Source: Macrostomum lignano (taxonomy: Eukaryota). From it: DNA of 64,000 bases. The notes beneath the pieces are model-generated. The model saw nothing but the letters and a program-made list of their open reading frames with translations. It did no database searches and was not told the origin of the DNA. The DNA lies in contig NIVC01000048.1 in NCBI GenBank assembly GCA_002269645.1, positions 1 to 64,000 on the forward strand, in the 5' to 3' direction. Positions 50,823-63,522 of the stretch are shown piece by piece; the stretch's first letter is position 1, and each line of letters starts with the position of its first letter. The translations under genes were made by a program, and so were the position numbers.

Positions 50823-52119
50823 AATTATTTACGATAAATTGCGTAATTTGCGTTGCAGTGGCTGCTGAATTCTCATAAGCAAAGCACTTAAAAAGCTAAT
50901 GTCTGCTCGAGTTACAATTTAAATATTCTTTCCAAAAACGAACACTCTATTGAGTGGGTACTGCGCGCATGTTTGCCGTTTGGCGGTTTTGATACAAATT
51001 TGCGAAACTATTATTGCGCGCAGCACCGCCCACAAAATGTGCAGTGAAAGTCCCTAAAAGTGTGAGTAGCATTGATTAACCTTTCACAGTGTAAAAAAAT
51101 TTACAGTGTAAAAAATGGTGTAAAGTTTCCATAAAAATATCTTTGTTTTTAATTCTCATTGCACTGTGTGAGGTTAGTTAAATGCTCGACGCTTTTTGTT
51201 TTAGACACGGCAGTATTTTTCTCATATAATAGTTTACATATTTATTGATTAATTCGTTTTTTCGGAGTTTTGAAAGCTGCTGTGCCTAATTATGGATTTA
51301 GCTAAATGATCAGGCTACCTAATGTTGGGTAACTTGTATCAAATGGCAAAGCATTTCACTGCAAAGTCGCATCCGGTGGTTTCACGTACCTGTGGGCGTT
51401 AAACTGTACATTTGAAATGCTGAATTTCTAGGAAAATCTCATTTCAAATTACAGTGAACAGAATCGGAGCGGCGAAAATTTTTTTTAACTAATTTCGTTG
51501 TTAATTGCAAGATTATTTTTCGTAAGTCCAAATGTCCAAGATATTTATTATGAGTATTATTTCTTGGACCTTAGTATATGATGTTAATTCATGTGTCTCA
51601 GTTTGATTTTTTGAGTCTATTTAATAGAACTTTGTGATTAAAAAATTAATGAATGGTAAATTATAATTAATTAGTCACATAGGACATATGTAACTAAAAT
51701 ACGTAGCATCTAAGTAGTTTACAATAGTTTAACATTTTTAGGGTTTTATGTGTTGCAAAACTGTACTCAAAGAAATCAAAAATAATTTCGAAATATTGAG
51801 CAATTAATGCACTTCGACCTGCTAAGGTGGCACACCTTCAATCTAGTTAAGACACCGATGTAGAAGCAGAGAAATATATATTCGAAATGTCGTTATGCAG
51901 CATAAATTTTTAATTTGCGCAAAAGTATATAATAACAAATTATAGAACGGAATTTAGATACAACTTAATAGATATAGATAGCTAATTAATTATGATGCAT
52001 CTATACTTATGCGAGTTACAATAGAACCAATGACAAAATTTCTAAGCATAGCATGCTAGACAAAAAGGGTTGCGGCATCTGTCAAATGGTTTAAATTAGG
52101 CTTGGCGCAGTTGCATGAC

Positions 52120-52960
52120 ATTTTGTGGCGGATTCTCCCGCTGAATTTTGCGCTTCAGAAAGTCCCACACATGTTCGATCGGGTTCATATCCGGGGACCG
52201 GGAAGGCCAGCGAAGCGTGCGTAGCTGCAGCTGCTCCTTCAGTTGTGTCACAGCGGCAGCTCGATGTGGCGGCGCATTGTCATCCTGAAGGGTGTGCAGT
52301 TTGCAACGCCTCCAAAGGCTGCGTTGACAAGGGGCAAAAAATGAGCCTGCAGAAGATATGAGTGTAGGAATCGGCGTTTACATTTGTGTCCAGAAAGACA
52401 ACTTCCGTCCTCGAGTGTAATGAGATTCCAGCCCAGACATGGATAGACACTGACTGTCCGCACATTGCACAATGCACATGCTTCTGCACCATCTCCTGTC
52501 GTGGTTCTCGCCACACACAAGTGCGACCGTCAGCTCGGAAAAGGCGAAACCGGCTCTCATCGGTGAATACGACACGCCGCCACTGCTGCTGCCTCCAGTG
52601 AATGCGCTGCATAGCCCACTGCTCACGACAGGCAAAATGAGCAGGACTTAGCCGCGGTCGCATGCGCATCTTTCGGAAGTGCAGCCCAGCTTCTCGGAGA
52701 CGCCGTCGGATGGTCTGAGCACTCAGGATGTTTCCTCCGCCTGCTTCTCTCGCCCCACATCAGACGGAGCAGATCGAGTGGCTGGGAGAGTTGGGAGTCC
52801 TCTGACAGTTCGCAGCAGTCGTCGATCCGCCCTAGCAGTTGTGCTGCGAGAACGGCCACGCTGGCCTCGACTTGCGTGAGCCACACTGCCTGTCTCTCTC
52901 GACTTAATCATGATCAGCAACTTCTGGATGGTCTTATGGGTTCGGCCGAACTAGCGAGCC
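52120..52960 (-). mobile_element. Tc1-family transposase remnant
   Basis: GRSRSTTARADR, VVFTDESRF, VWAGIS, QDDNAPPHRA, SPDMNPIEHVW across frameshifts. Confidence 0.88.
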
Positions 52961-53279
52961 ACTGCTCTAATAGACATCCTGGCTTCGATCATGCCTACAG
53001 CCGCCCGCCATCGCTCAGCATCTGTCATCTGCCGGACCATTTTGACATACAACAGTAAACGAAGTGCGCACATGAAAACTGAGTTGGAGCTTTAACTCGC
53101 CCGTCACTCCCACCTCTATTTATTACACAGCTCAAATCCATAGTATGTCTATTTAATCTATTATATTACATGTATATGCCCCCGCGGTGTAGAGAATGAC
53201 TTGCAAGTGAGATCCGAGAGAAATCGCTCGGCAACTCTCAAGCAACGCTCAAGAACCAAAACTGCTTGCACTTGTCCTG

Positions 53280-53490
53280 CACCCAAACCGGCCGCAAGCC
53301 TCCGAATGGTGGGAGGGGCAGCTCGCCGCTCCATCGCTTGTCTCTTACGTCACCATCTACAACAGGCAGGACTGCTGCGCTGAACGACTCAAAAAATTCT
53401 CGCTGCAGGTGGACGGCGTCGAGTGCAACCGAGTGAACCTGACGGAGCCGTTCTATGTGGCCAACTTCAGCTGCAACGCCTTTGGCAAGC
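53280..53490 (+). pseudogene. F-type (fucose-binding) lectin domain fragment
   Basis: H..SEWWEGQL..VSYVTIYNRQDCCAERL..F...C fits the H-x26/27-R-x-D-x4-R motif; upstream of the ORF-track start but in the same frame. Confidence 0.75.
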
Positions 53491-56400
53491 CGGGTTCAAG
53501 TGACGAACCTGCTCAGCCACTCCTTGACCATTTGCGAGATCGAGGCTTACACTCTGTAACTGAGCCGATGGCAAATGGCCTCAGCGACCAGCACAATGGA
53601 ACTGGAAGCAGTTACGAGTATTTTGAGAAACTGAACGGCTGTAACGGAAACCGGAGCAATGAATAAAACTTTAAGTCGTCTTTAGAACCATTCAAGCATT
53701 CAAAATTGATATTCCTTGCGACTTGATTTGCTGCTTTTGAGTATGGGACCTCGGAAACAAGTTGGCATGTAGTCATGACTTGGTTGTTAAATCCAGCAGC
53801 ACTGAGACACCATTTATAATGAGGCTTTTGACAGCAAAGTCTTCTTGCACATCCTGCATCACCTGCACGATGCGTGCCTTAAGCTGAAGTACAGAAGATA
53901 CCTCAGTTATAGTGAAACGAAAGAGAATTGGAGGATTGACTCACTGCAATATCTGATGTAATATTTAGCTAAAGTTCTAGATGTACTTTTCAAGGCGTAT
54001 TCTAGGACTGCATAATTATGCTCATAGATGCGAAAGTCAGTCATCACAGTCTTCTAAACTTCAAAAGCTCAAAATCATTTATAATTGCAGGCTCATACAC
54101 TGTCTCACTAAAAGTCCAAAAACATCGACCAAGTTCAGTTTTCCTCTCTGACACTGCCAACTGCTTGCTGCCTTCTAAAAGGTGTCAACATGCTAAAGCC
54201 TGATGATGAGTTTCGACCTTCGGGCCCCTTTGTGGGGAAGCCTTCGGGATTCAGGCCTCAGAAATAAATCAATTAGAGTCCTGGCCCCCCACTCCTGTCA
54301 GATGGTCAGCCCCATGGTAGCTTGATCGTGTGGCGAGCAGTCTAGGTCCTATAGCTAAGAGAGGGACAGCGAGAGACAAGCAGGGAGACTTTTGAAGGTA
54401 GAAATTAGCCAATCCGCAGACTAAGCTAACTCGCTGCCACCAGCCCGTACGTCCTGGCACCACACCGGGACTCTCGAAATCGGGCTTCCGACTAGAAGGG
54501 GCTTTGCATTTACCTGCCAACTAGTGTCTTTTTGCTGTCAATCTCGAAGTCAAAGAGGATGATAAGGGACACTGCTGGGACTAGATTGCATTGGCCATGC
54601 AGGTACAGAGGGGGCTTGTGCAGGGGATTCTTGCAGTGGCGAGTCTATGGGGTAGCTACATGTACTATTACATTGCTAAATACGAGGAATTCTACTTTTG
54701 GCCTTCAACGCGCCAACTAGCCTCTCATAGCGCTGATGATAGGCTAACTCGAACATCAGAGACCGAATGATTCATTACCCGAGCCGCTTGGCGAACCTAG
54801 AGTGCACAGAGTACATCTCTGGCGCCGATTCTGCACTACTGGCAGATTTGCTCAGTGATTTGATAGATTGATCGACTGAGAACTGCCTTGCCATTGGTCT
54901 ACTGTGACCGGCGCCTACTAGCTTAGCTACTCATCTGAGCCATCGGCGAACAAAGAAATAAAACCGATAAAATAACTGTTAGATTTAACCTTCTCCTCAA
55001 ATCACTTCGCACTTCAGATTGAATTGGAGTTTTTAGACTACTAGCAGTATTGTTGAATGACTTCTGCCTCAGCAACAGCACTACTGAACAAAATGAGCAA
55101 AAGTGTGCGCCTAATTCAGCTACTGAAACAGGGGACAGATAAGGGATCACCCAATCAAGCAAGTCTAGGTAGCCTCTCACCCAACCAATCAGAAACTCAA
55201 CAGCCGGAGACCAGGTAATCCACAGTGACCGAATCGGCTTAGTGCTTCGCAGCTGTAGACTCGGGATGATGCTGATGTCACAATCTTCGCTGATAGCTAG
55301 CAGGTGATGCTCTTCACTTTGATGTTCACTGCTGATGACCCGGGGAATTCGTCCTTGATGATGATGGGGGGAAGTCGCAATCTGGGGATCAAGAAACGAC
55401 GGTCAGTTCCTGGCCGGTGAGACACGGGTCAACCGGTCGCAGGAAGGTTGCAGTCCGAGCGGGCTAAAAACACCGGTTTAAATAGCCGCCAACTGGACCG
55501 TAGTTTTTTATAATGGAACACGTCGATTCTTATTGGCTGAGCCGATTTGTTAAAATGAGCGCCGAATTTTCCGATTGGATGAGCTAGTTGCCACCCAAAA
55601 TCACGTGACCGAGAGACCCTATCAGTCCCCACAGGGTCGTAAAAACATGACAGGTGCGGCCATAAATCAATCAAAATCGCAACAAAATGATTTATGACTT
55701 TTCGCGTAGGATTGACAGAAATTAATGAAACAATATACATTAGATTGCTCTTATTAAATAGAAAGTGAAGATAATGAAGAGAAATCGCTAATCGCTAATC
55801 CCAAAGTACTTTTAGGGGTAAAACGCATAGCTGTCAAAGCTGTCACACGCTTGAGTGAACCCGAACAATAGGCTCTGACCTCATAAATCTGATGGCCTGT
55901 CAAATATTATGAGAAAAAAGCTATCGTTCGCATCCCCTCAGACCATCTGGCGCCCGCTTCAACACTGAGCGAGACGCAGGTGGCTGTCAGACCAGCTTTG
56001 AAAGCGATGATTTATGACCCAAAAAGCTGCGCCTATGTTATTATGACTACCAGTATGACCAAACATTATATCTAGTATAGATTCTATGACAATTCGCAGA
56101 AATAGGATAAAAAATGCCCACAGTCTGCTGTTAGTAGGCTAGTAAGTTTAGAGCCCATGTGCTAGCGCGGGATTTGGAAAAAAGTGCGTCCTCATCACTG
56201 AAAAAAAGGCCGCTTAATTGTTCAGTAGCTGTCAGGTTCTTGAAAAAATGAAAAAAATGATTGCCCACTTGAAAGTCTTATCCAATGCAGCGCAATTTCC
56301 CTCCGATCCACCTGCTCCAGCTTCACCCGATGCATGGGATGAGATGCATCTGCCAACCTGGCAAACCATGACTAGCACAGTCTTTGCTATGGTTACGGTC

Positions 56401-56969
56401 CTGTATAAAAAATTCCCACACTGGCTATCACAGAGTCAGCGCACCTGTTCGCTGATTCTACAGCCTGCGTGTTTTATGCTGAGTGCAAGAGCTGCCAGTT
56501 TGAAATTTTGCCCACTACAGGCTTGAGATACAGAAGCTAAAATAGGATATTAAGCAAGAAAAGTGATGCCTTAAAGATAAAAGTCTCGACTTTCAGAACT
56601 GAATCGGATTTTTGAGGCATCCATAGGAATAAAGCTTGAGTTTTAGAATCCAGATGTGTAGTTCAGACTAAAGGACGTTGGGTTAAAAATAAAAGATTTT
56701 GCTTTCGCTTTGCTTTGAGACAAGAACAAATAGATAAGTGCAGCCTGTTCCTTACAAATTAACTTGAAAATGGGCCAAGAATGCTTACTTTTACTGCATC
56801 TCTTTGCGATCGCAGTTTCCGTTGTCATGGCGACGCCGAAGATGTACTCGGCAGTTCGAATGCGCAGCATCTTGACTCCATCTGCCATGGAGTCTGCGCC
56901 GGGACTCGGCAGGATGAAATGCGCCGAGTAGAAGGCATGAGGGGGCTTCTGGGACAAAATTTTTCACGT

Positions 56970-57253
56970 CCTCCATAATCCCATTAAATCCATCCATATT
57001 ATCCCCGACAGAATCAGAAAAAAAGGGGGGTCGCACTTGCTCCAAAAACTTTGAACGTAATCCCATTAAATCCATCCATATTATCCCTGACAGAATCAGA
57101 AAAAAGGGGGGTCGCACTCGCTCACAAAACATCCTCCATAATCCCATTAAATCCATCCATATTATCCCCGACAGAATCATGAAAAAGGGGAGGGGTCGCA
57201 CTCGCTCACAAAACATCCTCCATAATCCCATTAAATCCATCCATATTATCCCT
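56970..57253. repeat. 81-84-bp tandem repeat, about 3.4 copies
   Basis: TAATCCCATTAAATCCATCCATATTATCCC recurs at 56976, 57058, 57139, 57223. Confidence 0.92.
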
Positions 57254-57638
57254 ATATCCATATTGTCCACTAACACCTGTTATGCTCACTGACACTGAAA
57301 TCCACCCATAGCATCTTCGAAACAATCAGAAAAAAATCTGCATTCTTCTCCCCACATTCAATTCGCAACATGAAACCAGATCCCTAAGACTTTAAATCAT
57401 CAGCGCAGGGTCCTTACCCTTGGAAAAAAAATTAAATTTTCAATAAAAATGCTTCCAATCATCTCTCCAGGTTCTTATTATAGTAACTCACGCTGAACAG
57501 TTCTGCCAAGCTTGTTAATGTCTACTAAGATCTATTCATACACAATGCGCTTACATCTAAAATCAACCGCTTGCAACTGTTTATCTAAGGGAAAAATGTA
57601 AAACTACCCTCTAGGGCACCAGCTACAGAGCCAGCTAC

Positions 57639-57775
57639 AAATGTTCCTCAGCCGAACAAATGTTCCTCAGCCGAACAAATGTTCCTCAGCCGAACAAATG
57701 TTCCTCAGCCGAACAAATGTTCCTCAGCCGAACATTTGTTCCTCAGCCCAACAAATGTTCCGCCGCCGAACATGT
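57639..57775. repeat. 19-bp tandem repeat, about 7 copies
   Basis: Unit AAATGTTCCTCAGCCGAAC. Confidence 0.92.
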
Positions 57776-58192
57776 ACAGAGCAAATATCTCTTCCCCCAT
57801 GCAAAAGCTTCATGCCCTCACTAACTCAGAGTACGCAGGCCCCGTATACAGAGAGAACCTCTCTTCCTATGCACAAGCTTCTCCTCACCGCGAGCATTTA
57901 TTTCTACATAACAAGTTCTCTCTCTTTCCACTTCTCTACCTACAGTCAATCCCGCAGCACGTATGGGTATGCTACGTATGGCACACGTATGGCCAACCAA
58001 AACCATACCCCCCGATCCTCCATTGTCCCTCGTCCCACAGCTCTTCTCAGTCTACTCAATTCTCTCCCCTTATCCCCAAAGCCAAGTCGTCTCGCCGCTA
58101 TCAGGCGGACCACCCCCCCCCCCCCCAAAGTCTGTCGGGTAAGGAAGAAAGCTTATTTATACAACTACTTTTGAAGAGTTACTCGGTTAAAA

Positions 58193-58960
58193 ATGTCTGA
58201 CTTGTCTGTCACACCAGATCTATCTCTTTTCTCTAAAATTTTACAGCTAAATAAGTTAGCAAAAGATAACAATAAACACGAACTACTCTTATCTGAAGAT
58301 GATTTAATTCATTTAAAAGTTACATTAGATTGCCCCTTAGTACCTAGTTGTGGCAATTTAGAAGATCGATCAAAAAAATTAAATGAAGAGCGCATGGATG
58401 TAGATGAGGATCAAGATCAACCAGCAAGAAAGAAAGTAAAAGTAAAGAAGCAAAAACTACGGCCAACTGGTGAGACGCTTCATCAATATCTTTGCGAAAA
58501 AGTATTTGAATTTGAAGGGGTCGATGAATTTAATTACCCCTATTCTATTGTTGATACGAATATACCGTTATCTGTAGAAGAACAACTACAGACGGCAGTC
58601 ACAAGTTTAAAAAGATGTAATAATCGTATGCTCATTGCCACATACATCTGTGGTGTATGGCTTAACCACAACGCAGCGAAACATATAATAGAACATCCTG
58701 AAGAAACTGTTAAATGTAAAAGTTGTGATGATCAGGTTTAGGAGTTTTTGCAACGACATGGGATAACATATGCTAAAAGCACTATTAGAAAAATGTTGTC
58801 TCTTAGTAAAACATTACATGATTATCCTCGTTTTTTAAAGCTAAATATAACATTTGAGGAACTTTACACCTTAAAAAATGATATTGAAGACATGTTAATG
58901 TGTTCAAATAAATATAAAACCTATTGGAGCATGGGTGTTATTCAAATAAAAAAAGAATAG
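58193..58960 (+). pseudogene. Uncharacterised Polinton/adintovirus-like ORF with one in-frame TAG
   Basis: ORFs 58193-58741 and 58748-58960 are in frame across TAG; C-terminal YPRFLKLNITF..L...I..W; assignment rests mostly on context. Confidence 0.5.
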
Positions 58961-59356
58961 TAAATAAAAATAGTAAAAATAGTACATAAATATAACTTTT
59001 CTTTTCTTTATCTTCTTAATAATAAGAAGATAATTCTCATCTTCTCTAAATCTTCTTCTTCTTCTTCTTCTTCTTCTTCTCCTCCTCTCTTCTCTTATCT
59101 TCTCTTTCTTGTTTCAGACAAGTTAATTTTTTTCCATCTTTAAAAGGAAAAAGAAAGTAAGGAGATTGCTAATATCAAATTACTTTTTTTCTTCTTTTAA
59201 AGATGCGCGGGCTGTAGCAGCGGCCTTCGAGTGGCAGCCTGTGTGAGTACCAAATTTGGGAAACTAACTGCTGCTCAAAAGTATATCATGTCATCCATTT
59301 ATTTTTCTTTTGCTGTTATTTTCTTAAAAAGTTTCTCTTGAATTTTCTTGCTTGAA

Positions 59357-59806
59357 TCATTCTGCTCTCTCAACCCCCAGCTCTTTCAGCAGTATTCCTA
59401 GTTCTTTACTTGGCGCATGCAATGCAAAGCCCACCCCACCCTCGCCGTCGATCCCCAACCCCAGCTTTTTCTTACCAAAAATAACCGCCTTGACTAATTT
59501 CCGAGCAATCGACTCACGAAATCCGCTTGAAATCCCCATATTGTCGAGTCTCCTAAGCATTTCTTTGTCCCAGCGATTCTTCTCCTCAGGAAAATCTCTA
59601 TATTTAACGTCGTGCCACATGCAGACAGAGTCTAGCTCGTTCACAGGCTCATGCCCAGGATTTGGATTATTGTTTTTATCTAACTGTATTTCAAGTGGAT
59701 TCAAAGGCCCGCAATATTTATAGCCGGGAAGTGTCCAGCCTTTGTTTGGATGAGGAAGCTTTTCTATCAGTCCATGTGAGTCTAACTTACCACCAGAGCG
59801 TTGCAT
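59357..59806 (-). CDS. Parvovirus VP1-type phospholipase A2 (adintovirus/Polinton PLA2)
   Basis: LPGYKYCGPLN Ca loop and NELDSVCMWHDVKY catalytic helix; KKKLGLG tail. Confidence 0.9.
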   Translation of the reverse strand: MQRSGGKLDSHGLIEKLPHPNKGWTLPGYKYCGPLNPLEIQLDKNNNPNPGHEPVNELDSVCMWHDVKYRDFPEEKNRWDKEMLRRLDNMGISSGFRESIARKLVKAVIFGKKKLGLGIDGEGGVGFALHAPSKELGILLKELGVERAE

Positions 59807-60538
59807 TATTTTATTTAAAATTTTCTTTTTAAAAAAAATGACAGATCAGAAACTTAAAAAACTCTACTACAGCGACAAAGGATTCTTTGTAGGAAAAAAT
59901 GCAGTCACCAAACTCACAGAACTAATTAAGGAACCAAAAGCTAAAGTAGAAAAGTGGCTCTCTAAGCAGGCTGTCTTTCAAGTCTATTTCCCACCAGTTT
60001 AATTTACAAGACCTCACTTTAACATCTATAAACCTAACGAGGCACAACAAGCAGACCTTTTGTTTCTCCCCAATGACTCGGGCTACAAGTATGCTCTTAC
60101 AATTATAGACATTGCCTCCAGATATAAGGAAGCGAGACCGCTTAAGACGAAGAAGTCAGAAGCAGTTGCAGCCGCCCTCCAAGATATTTATAAAAACTCA
60201 CCCCTTAGTTACCCTGAAATCTTTATGACCGACCCGGGTAAAGAATTCTATGGGGCAGTCAAATCCCTTATAGAAAAGAAAAATACAGAGATTCGCTATG
60301 GCAGAACTGAGCTCCACAGAGACCAGGCTTTTGTGGAAAGATTCAATCTAACTCTAGCCAAGAGGCTATTCACTAAGCAGACAGCTGAGGAGCTGAAACT
60401 AAAAAGTGGCCAATACTATACCAAGTGGACAGAAAGACTCCCCACTGTTATAGAGCAACTGAACAATGAAGTCACACGCATGACTGGATTGAAACCGTCC
60501 CATGCAATTAAACAAGACACTGTCGAACTTAAGTCATC

Positions 60539-62146
60539 TCAAGCGGAGGCAAGCAAGCTGGTTGGCACATAGCAGGTGCCATAGAAGCGAAACAGAAAGT
60601 TGGCAAGCTGGCTGGGGTCATGCGCTCTGGACAGCGGGTCTGCGAGCAGCTGGAAGCGGCCAGGCACATGGTGCGCGCGGACGATGATGTCGCGTTGAAT
60701 GCAGGTCAGGGCGACGCGCTTCTGCAGGTCGGCAATACCTTGGTGCTTGGGGGAGCCAGAGTTAATGATGCCGCAGGCGGCGGTGCTGTCAGTGTAGACT
60801 GCAACCGAGCAGCCGCTGAAGGCTTCTTGGTGCTGCAGAATCGCAACCAGCGGGGCGGCGCACTCCTTGAGGTTGATGTGCAGCTCCTTGAACGCGCCAT
60901 CACAGTCGGACTGCCAGTCGATGTAGAGCCAAACCGGTTCTCTGTCGACGAAATGCAGCACAGCACCGCCTCCAATGTCACAGGCGTCAGACTCAATCGC
61001 TCCAGCCGGCCGACGCGAGGGCCAGGCAGCTCTAGGCGGCAGCGTGCTCAACGCGGTCATCCACCACCTCAGCTGCGGCTGGAGCTCCTCCGTGACGCCG
61101 ACCCTGTCGGACGGATGCGCCAGGCTGTTGACCAGCTCGATCAGCGGCCGCAGGAAAGTTCGCCCGTGCTGGGCGGCAGTGCACAGGTGGCTGAGGTGTC
61201 CGAGCAGCTTCTGCAATTCCGCCTTGCACAGGCTCCTCCGCGAGAGGCAGGTGTCAAGGAGAAGCTGAAGCTTTTCGGCTTTGTCGGCTGGGAAGGAAAG
61301 ACTGGCTTGCACGGTGTCGATGTCAAAGCCGAGGAATCGCAGCTTTGTCGTCGGCGGCACCGACTTTTTCTCGTTGATGGTGAAGCCAAGCCTGGTGAGC
61401 AGGTTGCGCAGCTCGTGGTAGGCCCTGTCGCACTCGGCTTTCGTCCTGGCCATGACGAGGAAGTCATCGATGAAAACGACGGTTGCCAGGAACCCCTTGC
61501 GACACATCATTCGCCGGGCCGCTTGCGTGAGGCGATGGAAAATGCTGACGGAGGCTCTGCTGCCGAATGGTAACCGCGTATCCACCAGGAAGGTTGAGCA
61601 GCCGTTGCCGAAGTCCCAGTGGATGCCGGTGGCTTGGTAGCACTGCGGAGAAATTGGCACGCTGCGGTAGGCTGACGCGATGTCCACCTTTGCCATAAAC
61701 CAGCCGGGCTGCATCATCCTGACGGCCTCGTCGACGGAGGTGAAGCGGAGACGCCGTTGTTGGGCATAGTGATCGTTCAGGCTGCAGCCGCGAGGGACGG
61801 AGCAATCATGGATTAACCGGATGCCGGAGCTGTCTTTCGGAATGGCTCCCAGCGGACAGACCATCGCAGGCTTGTCCACGACTGGGACGTACCTCCCGAG
61901 CCGGATTTCTTCTCCGATAACAGCTTGGACTTGGTCGCGATTCCGGTTGACGGACTGGTAGTTGCTGCAGAGACACGGCGTAAAGTCGAAGTCATCGACA
62001 ATGGAGAAGCCGCTCTCGATGCCGTCGAGAATAAAATCAGCGTCGGGGTCGCCAACAAGCTCGGAGCGCCAGGCGTCGATGCAGAGATCGCCCACTGGCT
62101 GCGTCAGATCGGACATCCGCACTGGAGGCTTGACGATGCAGGGCAC
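60539..62146 (-). CDS. DIRS/Ngaro-type reverse transcriptase-RNase H, open frame
   Basis: RLIHDCS, KVDIASAYR, LPFGSRAS, FIDD, FLGFDID, ESDAC, HINLKE, YTDS, HVPG..ADPLSR. Confidence 0.93.
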   Translation of the reverse strand: MPCIVKPPVRMSDLTQPVGDLCIDAWRSELVGDPDADFILDGIESGFSIVDDFDFTPCLCSNYQSVNRNRDQVQAVIGEEIRLGRYVPVVDKPAMVCPLGAIPKDSSGIRLIHDCSVPRGCSLNDHYAQQRRLRFTSVDEAVRMMQPGWFMAKVDIASAYRSVPISPQCYQATGIHWDFGNGCSTFLVDTRLPFGSRASVSIFHRLTQAARRMMCRKGFLATVVFIDDFLVMARTKAECDRAYHELRNLLTRLGFTINEKKSVPPTTKLRFLGFDIDTVQASLSFPADKAEKLQLLLDTCLSRRSLCKAELQKLLGHLSHLCTAAQHGRTFLRPLIELVNSLAHPSDRVGVTEELQPQLRWWMTALSTLPPRAAWPSRRPAGAIESDACDIGGGAVLHFVDREPVWLYIDWQSDCDGAFKELHINLKECAAPLVAILQHQEAFSGCSVAVYTDSTAACGIINSGSPKHQGIADLQKRVALTCIQRDIIVRAHHVPGRFQLLADPLSRAHDPSQLANFLFRFYGTCYVPTSLLASA

Positions 62147-63522
62147 GGGAGCGGGCTGAGCGAGGCAGTTAAAAGCAGGAGGGGTAAAATCGGTTTCGCG
62201 CGCCGTGTCGGCGCGCTTGCTCAGTTTTTTGCGTGATTTTGCTCGGAGTGGCTGCCCTCACAGATTCGGCAGGCATGGAGGAATCGGCAGTTGCTCCTCA
62301 TGCAGCCGTTGGTGCTGTTGAAGGACAAGCACAGCTCGCGGCCTGAGGATGTCCGCGGACCCATGACGCGGCTCTTGTTGCTAGGCTGGTTTCGCTTGGC
62401 TGTCTGGTTGTACTGGTCCGTCTTAATGCTGAGCAGGTGCCTGATCGACATCTGGGCGCAGTCTTTGCCCCAGCGAAGGCTGTTGGCTGCGCGGTGCTGG
62501 CGGTAGTCATGGTCGAATCTGATCACCCGGTGCGCTGGGAATCTGTCGAATAGCTCGGCCACCTGGACATTGTACTGGGCGTAATCTTTGACTTGCTCAG
62601 TTGTGCTGTACACTTGGCCCTTGCTGGTCACCTGCGGCGCTGTGTCTTCAAGTATCTGAAGCAGGACCTTCATACTGCCGGCGAACCACTGCCCAATTGT
62701 CATGCCGTCCAGCTTGGTCGTCGACTTTTTGAGCACGAGGCCGCCAGAGCTGCCCCTGGTGAGCAGCTCATCAGCCTGGCCTGACAGATCATCGACAAAG
62801 TCTCTGACGAGTAGACACGGCTGCCCGACCGGCCGGGGTTGGCTCTAGCGGTGACGGGGCCTGTTGGGTTGATAAGTTCAGCGAAAAGATTTTGCTGCTC
62901 ACCTGATTCTGTACGAGCAGTCACGACGGCGCGTTCCCGAAGCTCTCGCTCGCGTGTTTGAAGCTCTAGGAGCTGCAGCCGTTTCTGCGCCCGCCGAATC
63001 TCGCCGTCCAGGTCCGCCTCCCGTGGTCCCGGCCTTGGTCTTGGAGCTCCTCCTGCGCACAGGGCGATGCCGATGCCGATGTCAATGCCGATGTCCCGCC
63101 GTCTTGAAGCTGTGACTGCCCCTCGTGTTGTCTCAGTCTGGCTTGCAAGGCCGACTTATTGCCTGCGGTTGAGAGGCCTCGGCTACCCAGCTCACTCTTG
63201 AGTTGTTTGACTGTTAGTCGGTCTACACGATGCATGATAGCCAGAGCCAGAAAGTCGCAAAGAAAATTTTACGAGCCAAAAAAATTTTACGAGCCAAAGC
63301 GCTCTCGCAGCGCGCACGAGAGAGCGTGAACGCACAAATAAAAGGGGGCCGACGCAACCCACCCCCAACCCAACACCCCCGCCTGCCGGCCGGCACCCAG
63401 CACCCCACCTTGCGGCAGGGATGCACACGCGCGGGCCGCACGCACAGACGGGCGGAGGGGGCGGCCCCGTCGGCTAAACACGATTACAGAGCCGGTTAAA
63501 ACCGGCCCCTGAAATCGCAACC
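60542..63522 (-). mobile_element. Ngaro/DIRS-type retroelement lacking a tyrosine recombinase, flanked by a 32-bp direct repeat
   Basis: ORF1 plus RT-RNase H; identical AAACAAGACACTGTCGAACTTAAGTCATCTCA at 60510-60541 and 63523-63554. Confidence 0.88.
62221..63235 (-). pseudogene. ORF1/gag of the Ngaro-type element with N-terminal SAP domain (frameshifted)
   Basis: LTVKQLKSELGSRGLSTAGNKSALQARL (SAP); QWF..DY..Y..FDHDYR..WG; CLSFNSTNGC..CRFLHAC Zn finger. Confidence 0.8.

Noticed and set aside
54190-55200. Possible Penelope remnant or hammerhead ribozyme (CTGATGA and GAAAC-like words near 54200-54260)
   Set aside because: Core motifs lie on opposite strands or are incomplete; no clear GIY-YIG or RT motif recovered.
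56218-56957. Short ORFs including a TQAVE-like transposase word on the minus strand
   Set aside because: Too short and interrupted to assign.
60620-61573. 317-aa plus-strand ORF and other overlapping ORFs within the RT element, as a hidden recombinase
   Set aside because: Antisense shadows of GC-rich RT codons; no R-H-R-H-Y tyrosine recombinase pattern in any listed frame.
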